Positions 1 to 12,740 are shown, numbered from the stretch's first letter. The stretch: DNA of 64,000 bases from Tubulanus polymorphus (GCF_964204645.1 NC_134027.1:25940560-26004559), one strand, 5' to 3'. Notes: a model not told the origin generated them from the letters alone. Made by a program: numbers and translations.

Positions 1-294
1 AGAATAGAATCTATTTTACGAGAATAAATATCTAGAATAGCCCCACGTGTGGAGATGAGATGGTGAGGTTAAAAATCCGCTGATTATAGTTTAGAAAATT
101 CAAATTCAAATTTATCAATCAAGAATTAAGATCAAAAGACACAAAGTTTCACATTCTTCGTCAGGCGCGACGAGATAACAAAACCGAGGGGTATACACAA
201 GATCAATGCAAATTTTGGCTAAAAAGCTTTCTAACCTTCACACTTCGTAGAAGATGATCTGAAGCATATGAAAATAACATAATACCATAAAACT

Positions 295-400
295 CTGCAC
301 CACAGTCCTCTGAGTTATAATTTGATTCAAGTTTTTTAGTTTACTCATCGAAAATGAACTAATTTTAACTCTAGTTTATTCTGAAATAGGATTTGGGGTC
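295..400 (-). mobile_element. Degraded family B MITE fragment
   Basis: Contains gaaaatgaactaattttaactct, the reverse complement of the family B core (gagttaaagttagttcattttc at 42481); termini are eroded. Confidence 0.5.
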
Positions 401-768
401 AAATAAGATTTTTCATTCAGAAATTCATTTATCATACTTCATAAACGTATCATTTATCCATTATATACAAGCTAACCTATAAAGACTTAAAAAAAACAAA
501 ATCTCCAATATAACGTATTACATAATCACGTACGGTTGCATATGTCGCGGATTAGACAAGACTCCGCGTGGCGCAGTAAAATACCAATGGTGGATTGACT
601 GATCTTTTTACCAATCAAAAACAGAAATTAGAACGGAGGAATTAATCAGCGAGAAGTGATTGTATTTCACCCCGTTAATGAAAGCTTGATGGGAAATTGC
701 ACAAGTCCACTTAGATGGATTCGTGTAATTAAACCTACGGTGGTTTTACACCCTGCGTCGCTGCTACG

Positions 769-795
769 GTTGCTGCTGCTGCTGCTGCTGCTGCT
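769..795. repeat. (CTG)n microsatellite
   Basis: About 8 consecutive ctg units. Confidence 0.9.
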
Positions 796-1894
796 TTGTG
801 GGGTGATCATTAAAAATTGAAATCCGTATTTCTCACCATATCGCGACGCGTTCGGATTATAACAGCAACTTCTTTCAAAGTCAAAACGATTTCAACTGAA
901 ATAGATTTGCGTAATTCTTAGAAAAACACTAACAACAAACTTGAGCAATCTGAACTTTACCTGTTTAATACATACATTCATACATTCATTGTCGTTTAAA
1001 GCTAATTTTAGAGGAAATGCCGTTTTAATGGCCGTCAAGCGAAATCGCCTAAGAAATAAAGGTGAAAGTAACATTTGACGGCCAGTTGACGGCCGAAATG
1101 ACGTATGCGAACATCAATGTATACCATTTAGAAATAGTTCCGAGACTTTGTTTCATTAGTGCGGGATTTCTATATTACACGCATGAGTGAAACAGTGCTC
1201 TGGTCCTATAGTCTTACAAACCACGCTGAGATAGCAAAAAACCGTTCTATTCTTACTACCGGTGCCTGGTATTAACTTATTGACAGCTCTAAACCCGAAC
1301 CGCGCGTGGTTAGCTATGATTCGTTTGTAATTTGCATTTTGATGACTTTTTCATGGACAGTTGATATAATAACATTTTGTCTGATATCCATTAAATAAAT
1401 TTATCGCATTATTGCCTCGCGGATCGTTGCGAGAGAAATCGTCGCCTTTTTTCATACTGTCTCAAAGTCATTATACAAGAAAATACGCGCAAAACCGATT
1501 GGAAATTACTGAAATCGTGCGTCATTCACCAGCAAATGAATCTAGTCGAAAATAAATGGGAAAACCTATAAAAATACAAAATGGTATCGACGTATCAGCG
1601 CGACGCACTAGTCGCACTGCGAGAGAACATCCAGCATTCAGATCACCGAGCCTATACATCATAACATACCTATCAAAAACTGATGAAGTCTAGAAGATAT
1701 TTTTGTATACATGGATAACTCCGCTTAATTCGTATCTTCGGGGACCGTTGATGATTTTCATATGGATGATTAAGTAAAGTATATGAGTACTTTCAAATTC
1801 CAACATCCCCAACGTGGTCACACACACAGTCCTAACCTTACCATCTTAAATAAAGCCTGGATGATTCAGGAAATTCAGGAAGCTGTTGTCAATT

Positions 1895-2111
1895 AATAAA
1901 CTCTGAATTGAATTGACCGGCAACCAGTCTAGCCCGGTCTAGTTGATGACGTAGTGCACATCCAATCAAAAATTTATTGTTGAAGACATTGTTTTGAAAC
2001 GCCAATTTTTAATGACGTAGTACACATCATTCACTCATTCGCTGACTAACAAATAACGTATGGTAGACATCAATATATAAAGCATTTTGTAACGGTTTTT
2101 ACAGCGTCAAA
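1895..2111 (-). mobile_element. Family E (Helentron/HINE-like) partial copy
   Basis: (aattg)n followed by ccggcaaccagtctagccc, gatgacgtagtgcacatc and terminal tgtaacggtttttacagcgtcaaa, matching the copies at 6277-6625 and 45469-45776. Confidence 0.75.
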
Positions 2112-2580
2112 ATACGAATAAAGCGGTGTCGACTGTACTAGATTAGGTGGTAATTTCAATACATATATATAACTGGAAATAGATGCGATAAGTTTTCGTA
2201 GATGTGATCTCTATATATCAATAGTAATAATGTGGAACTTGATCGAAAGATATCAAAAGTAACTTCATCCAATGACGACAATATTCTCTCTCTCTCGCAC
2301 GTACACATATGTCTATCATAACTGTATATGGTATAATAGTATTTCATCATTCGCTGGTCGGGTATTTTTTTCTCATACGACGCCAGCTCATCAATGATAT
2401 AAGCTGGCCGTAATTGGCGCCGCAATTTTCATATCTTACAATCGGTCAGATAATGAAATTTCGAGTGATATTCCGCCAGCCGAAATTGGTTCATCACCAT
2501 ATAGAATAGCAGCGCTGATAGGGCGACCCCGGTAAAAAACGCGTCTAAATGAATTTGCTCATAAACCGTCGATAGAAATC

Positions 2581-2623
2581 ATCAGATTAGGCGCGGATTA
2601 TCAGATTAGGCGCGGATTATCAG
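2581..2623. repeat. 19-bp tandem duplication
   Basis: atcagattaggcgcggatt twice, plus a partial third unit. Confidence 0.9.
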
Positions 2624-2704
2624 GAACTATGTTATAACGTACAATATTTCATACGTGATGAATCGAGTTCAATGGGAATAGTTTTTTTCTCGTTAATGGT
2701 CCTA

Positions 2705-2890
2705 AATATTATTTGTTGATTGGTTTGATTCATAGTTGTGGTGTGGCCCGTACAAACTTACCAGTCACACCTGCCAGAAACGAAACAGCAAATGAAATTT
2801 TTAAATCGGAAATCGAAGTGCAAATATTTATCTTCAAATAGGGATTGACCACGTCTTTACGTATTCGATTGGTAGATTTCGTTTAATTTA
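2705..2890 (-). mobile_element. Family F dispersed repeat, two head-to-tail partial copies
   Basis: cacacctgccagaaacgaaacag and tcttcaaatagggattg...gattggtagatttcgttt match 35463-35600 and, in reverse complement, 21477-21620. Confidence 0.65.
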
Positions 2891-3839
2891 TTTTGATACA
2901 GATATTACGTAGTTAAAAGGCTAGTCGAATTTAGAGAAATTGTTTTTTTTTTTAAGTGCAAGAGGAACGTTTTTAGGATCGTCTCCTGACAATCCTTTAT
3001 TGTTATATGGCGGCATATCTTCAGCACTCGTTGGCAAACAGACTAACACGCCACGTGCCAAGACCCCGTAAAGGGTTAACCTAATCTCAATGGTAGTTTT
3101 TTACTTGATCAAAAGTAGGCCCGCTTCATTAACGGCACCTCAGGTTTGACGGTCGAGGCGTTTTGAATCTACACGCATTCGACCCAGCTTTGAAACAAAC
3201 AATCATTACTGGGGTGTATATATATATATATATAAATATCTGCGCTGAAATAGATATAAAACCTGACAATAATAACTCACTGCATAATCCTACAAATCCC
3301 TCGCTGAATGGAACCGAATAATTAATACTGTCGTGATTATGATGCAAATAACAGACGCGGTTTGATAATGCTAGCCACGAAACAAGATGTATTGCTAAGA
3401 TTAGGCATTCTTATTATTACACTTATACACGGCTTAATACGGCGCTCATATCCGCCGCGCACCGGTCGCCGCATTAAAATTAGTAATTAATAAAAATACA
3501 TACTGTCAACGCCGACTGTGTTTTCAAAGCTGGGAAAATATGTGAACGGATTTCTGCGCTTTTGTGCGGCAGAAACCTTTTTTTAAAATGAGCTTCACGC
3601 GCGGGTTGTGAACGATAAATCAGTTCGCGTATCGATAAGATTTTAAAGCCCGGTCTGGCTATAATTTAAAGGATCTAACTGTGTCGAATCCTGTCATTCT
3701 GGAAAACAAGATCCTGATTTAAGAAATCAAACTAAGGTTTGCTTCTATATTGAAAAAGATGAGAAGCTTTTGTGTGGTCGATCAAGCCTGTTTCACCATG
3801 TACCCCCTGAAACGCTTTAGTCTTCCATCGCTATCGTAC

Positions 3840-4053
3840 CTGTCGATCCCGGGGCCGGGGAAGGGTCCTTGGAAAACGCCCCGTCCCTATTTTTCGTCAA
3901 GCATAATCTCAACTACCTTTTGATACTAATTTCTATCTAAAAGAAGCCATGAAACGGGTTTTAGAGGGTCCATAATTTTTTTTTCAAAATTCCACTGGGT
4001 GACGACCCTCGATAGGTACATAGTCAGTTAATCAAATTCCAGGATCCGCCTTG
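3840..4053. mobile_element. Old GGCGGATCC-type (family H, hAT-like) MITE remnant
   Basis: Right end caggatccgccttg, G-rich left portion and aaaatt motif; no TSD recognisable. Confidence 0.35.
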
Positions 4054-4709
4054 TCGATAATGATTTCATTTCTAAAAAAAGAAAAACGTATTAATATCGC
4101 GATAGCTAATAACGGGATTGAGAAATACTGAATAATGAATAACGAAGATGTAATAAGCAAACGCTAGAACCGCAGCGGCCGGCGCTGTTAGCAAAATGAA
4201 GAGATAATTGAACTGCGGTCATTTTGATGAAATTATCACCTCCATTCTCTCCCAATCATTGCCAAATCATGGTTTCTCTCATTTACCGCGCCGATGACCG
4301 CTAATAACCGCTAGTGACCGCCAGCTACTATTACCGCATTCTACTCTGTCATTGGTTCGCGGTGACCTCATTGTTGACCGGTTGTCTTGGACACCTATAT
4401 TCTATGCAAATTAGATTACGAGAAACTGGTGTTTTCTTGTTAAATCAGTAATGACGGACATCACTGGCGATAATTGTGAAACGTCCGATACCGTAATTGT
4501 GTATATCATGAATCTGGGCACAGCTTGTCAACTGTTATTGAATTATCAGCTTCATGAATTAGCGGCGATGAGCTGAAAATTGGTCCACAATCCCGACGAC
4601 TAAAGAATGCATTCGACCAGCTGGTAAAAAAATATACGACCGGTCAGTTTGAAATTTGAACCTTTCGATGTTTTGGTTATAAAGCGAAATAGCGACATCT
4701 TGAACAGTT

Positions 4710-5514
4710 GAGCCCAAATGCACAAAGTCAAAAAGTGGTTTTGAATCTGAAGACTGGTGTCAAGTTGTTAGATTGGCAATAGAACTAAGATGATCTTAGA
4801 CTGGTCTTAAGTTGTTAGATTGGCAATAGAACTAAGATGATCTTAGACTGGTCTCAAGTTGTTAGATTGGCAATAGAACTAATGATGGTCTTAGACTGGT
4901 CTTAAGTTGTTAGATTGGCAATAGAACTAAGATGATCTTAGACTGGTCTTAAGTTGTTAGATTGGCAATAGAACTAATGATGGTCTTAGACTGGTCTTAA
5001 GTTGTTAGATTGGCAATAGAACTAAGATGATCTTAGACTGGTCTTAAGTTGTTAGATTGGCTATAGAACTAAGATAATCTTAGACTGGTCTTCAGTTGTT
5101 AGATCGGCTATAGAACTAAGATGATCTTAGACTGGTCTCAAGTTGTTAGATTGGCAATAGAACTAAGATGATCTTAGACTGGTCTCAAGTTGTTAGATTG
5201 GCAATAGAACTAAGATGATCTTAGACTGGTCTCAAGTTGTTAGATTGGCAATAGAACTAAGATGATCTTAGACTGGTCTCAAGTTGTTAGATTGGCAATA
5301 GAACTAAGATGATCTTAGACTGGTCTTAAGTTGTTAGATTGACTATAGAACTAAGATGGTCTTAAGATAGAACTATAGACTATGGCTATAGAATTAAAAT
5401 GAACTTAGACTGGTCTCATTTTTTTAGCTTGGCTAGATGGTCTAGGGCTGGACTTAGGTTGTTAAAGACCAGTGGGCTTAGACTGATCTTAGAGCAATGA
5501 CTGTACAACCTGAA
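4710..5514 (+). mobile_element. Family A MITE with expanded internal 47-bp array
   Basis: Eroded left end (gagcccaaatgcaca..aaaagtgg) and right end (caatgactgtacaacctgaa followed by cag) match the 138-bp element at 22817-22954. Confidence 0.8.
4751..5363 (+). repeat. 47-bp minisatellite, 13 well-conserved units
   Basis: Unit agactggtcttaagttgttagattggcaatagaactaagatgatctt at 47-bp period (two units are 48 bp). Confidence 0.97.
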
Positions 5515-6276
5515 CAGGTGGACTCGCAGCTAGACTCGTTGCGCTAAGCTCATTTTGGTTATAGAACCAAAATGAGCTTGGCCTGGTCCTAAGTAGTCGT
5601 GTCTATTCAAAATTAGCTCAGTCCGGTCTTAAATCTAAGTCTTCGTGGCCCAGAAGTTAAAGTAAAGACACAGTCGATGTCACTGATGACGATAAAGCCA
5701 GTAGTCCGAACATTACGGCAGTAATCTCAGCTTCCTCGCTGCTGTTACTAATTACACACGAAGTTAAGTTACAGCCGTCAAGTTTGGAGACAGCAGGGAG
5801 TGATACGGAGACAATGTGATTAGCCCGGATCATTGTATGAGCACTCAACGATGAAATTACCTATATACCGAGTCAATTAACCGCGCGTATTAATCTAACG
5901 CAGCTCGTCACAGGTTTTTTGTTTTAAGGATTGACCTCGTCGCGTCAATTCTTTCATGTATAATCAGCTAAGGTGAAAATCGAATTGAACGCCGTTTCGC
6001 ACTATATATATACGCGCGTGTGTAGAAGGTTTGATCGGCGGCTTTGACAGCGTGAATGCAATTACTAAACTATCCGATTAATTTCACGATAGATAATTAA
6101 CCGGTTTGACGGGAAAGGAGGGTTTTACGGATGCGTTGCAGTTTCTTTTTCTAGTTTCGCCGAAAATAGAATTGATTGTGGATTGGATCTAGCAATACTC
6201 GGGTCGCCGATGCGGAAAGTGAGATCTGAAAAGCACAATGAAGGCTCCATTCAAAGCTTCGCTAAGAATGAACAAG

Positions 6277-6625
6277 AAAACTTAGTTGTTTTTTTGCGCC
6301 TTGAAATTTAACATCCGTATATCGCTGAATATTGTAGACAATGAATGTTATAATATAAATGACATGATATTGAGAATCAATAAAGTTATTTTTCAAATTT
6401 GAATTGCCCGGCAACCAGTCTAGCCCCAATATTGATGACGTAGTGCACATCAATTCACACAGTACCCCTTGAATAACGCATGGAATTAGCAATTGAATCG
6501 AATTGAATTGTTCGGGGATCAGTCTAGCCCTAATAGTGATGACGTAGTGCACAGTACCCCTTGAATAACGCATAGTAGTTAGCAATGTATAAAACACTTT
6601 TTGTAACGGTTTTTACGGCGTCAAA
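6277..6625 (-). mobile_element. Family E (Helentron/HINE-like) near-complete copy with duplicated core
   Basis: On the minus strand it starts TTTGACGCCGTAAAAACCGTTACA, has the core twice and (caatt)n, and ends ttcaaggcgc-aaa plus a small aact-a-agtt palindrome. Confidence 0.75.
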
Positions 6626-7784
6626 TAATCAATATGTAATATACTTTTCTGAAAGTAAGTGTCAGACACGCGTTGAAATCAAACATTAGTGAAGTTTCGT
6701 CCATAAATTATGCACCCCAAATGTAACATACACCCACACATATATATACACGTCGTATATTGTCATCGGAGAAGATAGTGTCATGATTTTAATGGAAAAT
6801 CACTTAATTCCGTAATGTCGAATGCATTTAAGCCAATCTTTATATATTCGGTGAAAAAAGTCCATTAAATCTTCGAACCTCTGTACGATGAACTAATAGG
6901 CTTTCGAATTCACTTTCACGGATTAGAGCATTGTAAACTGCGTATCGCATTTCTCCTTTAAATCAGCGCAGCATAAGAACATTTGGGGTCTTACTTCTTT
7001 CGTAGTGTTTAATTTGATCTTCTTCGTTTTTGGGAGTTCTAGAAATTTGATTGCAGAATGCGGCAATTAAATATGGTTTAGTACGCGCCAAAGGTCACAT
7101 TATAGAGAACAATACCTCTAAGGTGCTATCTTTAATGGTAGGAATGGGACGGAAGGCGATGCGCTTATGAATATCCTTTAGGCAAGAAACAGAAGCCGTC
7201 TCGTCAAACTCAAATAAAAGAACGCGGAAACGAAATACTCGAATCTGAAGAAAGTAGTGCTCACGGCAACAATAACCCTCAAGGATCGAAGCTCAAGGCT
7301 GTCGTAATTTATATCTTTTTATTCAGATTAGGACGCGTTATGATATTAATTGACGTGACGTATTGGGAGATGAATCACGGGGCACGCAGATCACCGGGGA
7401 CTAAGACACGCGTGTCACCGAGAACAACATTTCCGTCATTGCTTCCAGTTTCTATCTGCAATGATGACGGCTTATCAGCGGGTAATGACGTGAAATTTAA
7501 AATTTTTCAATCCGATGTCACTGGCAATTAAGACGCAGATGAAGGGATTTAAAAGGTCTCCAGATGTAATTACCGCAGCCGTTTCGGTGAAATGAAATCT
7601 AATACGGTGTCATAAATCATGCGATTTTTGCGCGCTTTCCGAAATTCGTTCGGAAGCGAAGGCGTCGTTTTGAAACGAGAAGAACAAGGCGAGGATTAAG
7701 ACGGAGATCTGGTGACCTCGTCCATATTCACAATCACAGCTGCATTTCCAGATAACAGATAAACATGTTTAGAATTTCGAATAC

Positions 7785-8025
7785 GATAAAAGTGGGTTCG
7801 AACCCTCTATTCAGTAAAATAGCTTTTTCATATGAAATTATATTTTTCGAATTTTTTTTTAGGGTTGGATGATGAATGATTAGTTCGTATATATCAATCC
7901 CTTAACCAATAGACGATTCCGAAAATAGTGGGTTCGAGCCCCAATTATTGTCCTCTATTCAGCGTAACAACTATTTCATTTGAATTTCTATTTTTCTGAA
8001 TATTCTAAAGGGTAGAATGATTGCT
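7785..8025. repeat. Diverged two-copy tandem duplication (about 137 bp)
   Basis: agtgggttcga(a/g)ccc...tctattcag...tcat(a/t)tgaa..tattttt..gaat..agggt occurs at about 7790 and about 7927. Confidence 0.7.
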
Positions 8026-8107
8026 GAAGAAATGTCAATCTCTTCGCTCCTCCTTTACACGTCAAAAAAGTTCTTTTTTTCAAGTGTCGGAGCAAACCCC
8101 CAGAATG

Positions 8108-8109
<2 letters not shown>

Positions 8110-8138
<29 letters not shown>

Positions 8139-8142
8139 TATA
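8110..8142. repeat. (TATG)n microsatellite
   Basis: About 7 tatg units. Confidence 0.9.
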
Positions 8143-11134
8143 TTGAATGGCGCCCGCTATGTATAAACTGTTATCAATAAACGTGCTCGAAAATCATAAC
8201 ATAACCGCACATTTTCCCTAACGACTATTAATTGATTAACTGATAAAATCCCTTAGCTTCAAATTATTAGAAATCATAACGGCGACAGTTTTCGAACACG
8301 GTCCAGTGAACAGAGCGCGTGAGCTCGTCGCAAAACTTAGTTAATTAAATCAACCGAGACCTGAGATCATTATCTCGCCATCTCCCCAGTTATAGCATCA
8401 CCGACACCAACACTACTACACTCATCAATATACCGATATTTAATGGGAAAAAATTGATGAAACTTTGGTCCACTGACGGCGGGTTATTAACGAATCGTTG
8501 ATACAGCTTACTGTACCCTGTCAGTTCGTGTACAAGGCGTATGTATCATGCACGGTTTATTGTATAACGATGGATTCATGATCGTCTGTTACGGGTTCCT
8601 CGCTACTCGAGCCTCGTCGATTCACGTTTCGTTGCGTCTTCGAGATTGATTTTCAACACTGTTTTCTAGTTTCGACTGTCAATAATAACGACTCGCGGAC
8701 TAATAAGGCGACCTCATCTACTTTATCCGAGCACGGCTAATGATTTACAATATCCTCGACAGCCATAACTTAGGGCTAATGAGATCTCAACCGATGCGTG
8801 AAAATCACTGAACATCAACCTGCATAGGAAATCTTATCAATTATTACATTCCAGCTACATTAAGTGACGCTTGACGAAAAGCGTGAACTAATAGAGAATC
8901 GTCGAATTTAGGGGTTCGAACCCAAATTCGTATTGGCTATACATGTTAAAGGTCGCGCTGTTTATCGACCCGAGAAGTATTGAGTTTTATCTATCAATAA
9001 ATGGTCAATAAAAATCAGAAAATGCCGGAAGATATGGAGGCCGAGTGAAGCAGATTCATAGCACCTCTTTTTAACAGATTGTGGATCAGGTTTATCTATC
9101 AGATCTAGAAACATCATTGCGCTGGGGGGGGGGGGGCAGGTTTTCCTAGGGGTTCTAGATACGAACAATGTTTTTCTAGACGAAGGAAACTATGGCGTTT
9201 ACTAATTCGAGAAACAATAAAAACGTATATCCCAACAAAATATATCGATAGGCAAGTGCTTCGTGTGCATTTAGACTGGTCACGTTCTACGTCGATGCCA
9301 TTAGACAGGTTGCCTGTCCATCTAATTGAAGATGGATACCGGTAACCAGTCTAATGCATCATAGACTGGTTACCGTTTCGATGACCGGAACGTTTCATAG
9401 ACTGGTTGCCGTCTACGGTGGACCCGACAAAACACCCAACGGAACGATATCATTGATTGGAAAACGCCGCGAAAAAAAACGATGCGTTCTGGTTCTCCAC
9501 AAACGTAATCAATTCCTGCGACGTATTTTTTATTATTCATCGGTAGAAAAATTGGCGATACCGCAATTATCCAACAATCTGCGCCTCTTGGAAGACTGGG
9601 AGACGCGATGCATCGATTGGCAATACTGCGAGACTTTCGGTGGCGTCTTCAATTAAAAAATCAATACACAGACACTTGACGTGTGGCCGTACACGCCGTT
9701 CACGCATGCAATTAACGTTTGACCCTATTCATCTTGAAGGTGTCGTCAAAATCCGCGTCGAAATAATCTGCCGCCGCGGATCTAATAGCGGTCAATTATC
9801 GGAATTTGTCGCCAAGGCGGAAGTCACTTTCAACTTTTAAATGTCTGGCAATTTGTGACTTTATTTAAAGGCGATGGCGGAAGCACCGCAGATGGAAGGA
9901 GACTCAGCCGGCAATAGGCTATAATTGATTACTAAGGTACTCGTCGGTAACCTCAGCAGCGGCAGCAGCAGCAGTAGCAGCGGATTCCCTGATAAAAAGG
10001 ATTCCTCCTCAGTCGAGCCATCTTATCATTATGTATATATATATGCAGAGAGAGAGAGACATATAGCGCTCGTTCATTCGCCCGGAGAAACGACTTGTTA
10101 AATTCTGATAGTGCGGAATCGATGAATTTTTTTTTTCAGCGCGCGATATAAATCCGAGCCCTGTTTGCTATCGATCTGGCGGTGTAGAGGTACCGGGTTT
10201 ATAAATGAGTGCGCCGCGCAGACCTACACCGATTGAACGCCGGATAATTATATCCGACAAGACCCTTCAATTTGATGAAAATTCTCCCAATCAAGCCGTG
10301 AATTTTTGCCAATGAGCGCCGAGTGGTTCCGCGGACGGCATTCCTAACAAATGTAAATAGAATTTAAGAACAATAAGTAATCTACGCCGGAGATCCGTGC
10401 CGTCTTAAAGAGTGCGCAAATTGCATTTTTCGCTCTTTTTATGGCGACGGAATTTTACATCATAATACATGCAAATTACGACGCGGATAACTCAATCAGC
10501 GCCGCGAACATCCGAGCAATTTGGTCGTCGAATTACGCATATAATTCGTGGTTTTTGATACGCTATTACATATATGCAGGCCTTTTGAAGAGGTTATGAT
10601 CATTTTCAGGACAGCGCCACATCAGCGGCAACGCGAGCGACAACATCTCGCGCACAGACGACGCAGCGCTGGAAAAACATGGCTGAAACGACCAATCACC
10701 GGCATCGACCAGCAACCGTCGACATTTAAGTTCATTACAAAACTCATTGGTTATCTACGTGAATTAGAGAAAAAGAGGGAAAATCCGTAATTACATTCCG
10801 CAGTCATGTGGCGAGTTGGTAACTGAATTAAGCCGCTCGTAGATACGCGAAATCAAAACTCTGTTAGACGAAGTTATAGCCGAAGTTAAAAAATGCTGGT
10901 GACAGAGATATATGGAAAATGATTCCGCTCTCAAAAGAGATCCGAGATCGTCGTTTATTGCTCGAATCGTCGCCCGAGGCCCCAGAAATATCATACGAGT
11001 TTAAATGAAAACATGTAACGTAAAACCGTATAGTTATGATAGAGTTAGTGGGGGGGGGGGGGGTACAGCATGTATAGTCATCACTAGATCCATCAGTAAT
11101 TTATTCGCTGTTTATGTTGTCAGTTTGAATTTTG

Positions 11135-11505
11135 TGGTGGTGGGGATGGATGTGGTAGGGGGAGTGGATGTGGTGGGGGATGGATGTGGCGGTGGGGATG
11201 GATGGGGCGGTGAAGGTGGATGTGGTGGTGAGAGATGGAAGGGGTGGTGGGAGTGGATGTGGTGATGGGGGTGAATGTGGTGGTGGGGATGGATGGGGCG
11301 GCGAAGAGGTGGAAGAGGTGGTGGGAGTGCATGTGGTAGTGGGAGTGGATGTGGTGGGAGTGCGTGTGGTAGTGGGAGTGGATGTGGTGGGAGTGCGTGT
11401 GGTAGTGGGAGTGCGTGTGGTAGTGGGAGTGGATGTGGTAGTGGGAGTGGATGTGGGAGTGCGTGTGGTAGTGGGAGTGGATGTGGTGGGAGTGCGTGTG
11501 GTAGT
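11135..11505. repeat. GT-rich low-complexity minisatellite (15/18-bp modules)
   Basis: Modules ggtagtgggagtggatgt and ggtgggagtgcgtgt repeated, degrading leftwards. Confidence 0.9.
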
Positions 11506-12298
11506 TGGAGATGCATGCGGTGGCGATAGTGTTCTTCAAATGATAAAAAGCAGGTGTGAAGATTGGTAAGGATTTTACCCGGGTCCGGTGCGGTATTTCA
11601 ACATCAGCGCCGATATTTTTATTCAGAATCCGATAGTCCTGATGTCGTAGGTCCGGGTTAGTCCAAATGTTTGGTCCGCGTCCGGCATTTCATTGTTGGC
11701 TCGGCCGGGTCCGGGTTCGTATCCGAATTTCAATTCAATTAATCACTACAGATATCTTAGTGCAATTTCATCAAATTGTTCAATGCTTAACTGGTATCAT
11801 TTACGAGAAATACATCCATATATCTATCATATCTAAAATATCCATTCTATCGAGACCTATTACTCCCACCATACAACATATACTACATTACATATGGCTG
11901 GGCTGATTAGAGACCTCAATATCAAAATAGCTATTTCTACCAGTTGCTAGTGTAAATTGATTGAATATCGAAATATATACATATCTCAAATATCGTAATT
12001 TCAACCAACACACATCCAGCCCTGCTATAAAAACACGTATCCTTTTTACTCAAATACATTATATCGATTCTTTCTCGCGAGGATTTTCTAATTCCTGTAC
12101 AACGTAATGATTTTGTGCCGGTGATATTATCGCCATCGAGTATAGATCGTATTATGAATATGTACTTCAATCGGCGTGATCACAACTGAACTAATATATG
12201 TGCGGTATTTATTTCAAAGCCGTCAGAACAAAATGGAATGACGACGCTGTTGAATGAACGATTTCAACAAAACGGGTTCAAATAAAAATCTCAAATTA

Positions 12299-12518
12299 GG
12301 CTAAACAAAAATGATACCTTGTTTCTCCGCAGCGGCCGGGTCATTTTTGTAAAATATGATACAATTTATAAACAGTTCATTTCTATAGCGGCCGGGTCTG
12401 TTATGGTAACATTGATCACGATTTAAAAAAAAGTAATGTATAGGGTAGATAGGCGGCCGGCCGGGTCAACATTAAAGCTCAGCAGAGCGGAGAAACAAGG
12501 TATCAATTTTTTTTAGCC
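12299..12518 (+). mobile_element. Family D PIF/Harbinger (Tourist-like) MITE, intact
   Basis: About 30-bp TIR ggctaaacaaaaatgataccttgtttctccg / cggagaaacaaggtatcaattttttttagcc; TTA TSD at 12296-12298 and 12519-12521; near-identical to 47966-48177. Confidence 0.92.
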
Positions 12519-12521
12519 TTA

Positions 12522-12740
12522 GGCTAGAAATGATACATTGTTTCTTCATCCGCTGGGCTTAAAAGTTGACCTGACCAGCCGCCTATCTACTTTACCCCGT
12601 ACATTAGGCCTACTCCTTTAAGACATAATCAAACTGACCATAACAATCATAGCAGTTATAGAAATGAACTGATTGCACATTTTATTGGAATAGACAAAAT
12701 GACCCAGCCGATTAGGAGAAACAAGGTAAAATTTTTAGCT
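12522..12740 (-). mobile_element. Family D MITE, older inverted copy
   Basis: ggctagaaatgatacattgtttct ... ggagaaacaaggtaaaatttttagct; the interior (gccgcctatctac, atagaaatgaactg, aaaatgaccc) is the reverse complement of the adjacent copy. Confidence 0.85.

Noticed and set aside
4370-4412. Sox (cattgtt) plus octamer (atgcaaat) composite
   Set aside because: Sites are about 27 bp apart rather than adjacent, and octamers are expected several times by chance in AT-rich DNA.
8362-8385. bantam-like start (tgagatcatt); also miR-216-like taatctcagct near 5722
   Set aside because: Matches stop after 10-11 nt and no precursor hairpin was apparent.
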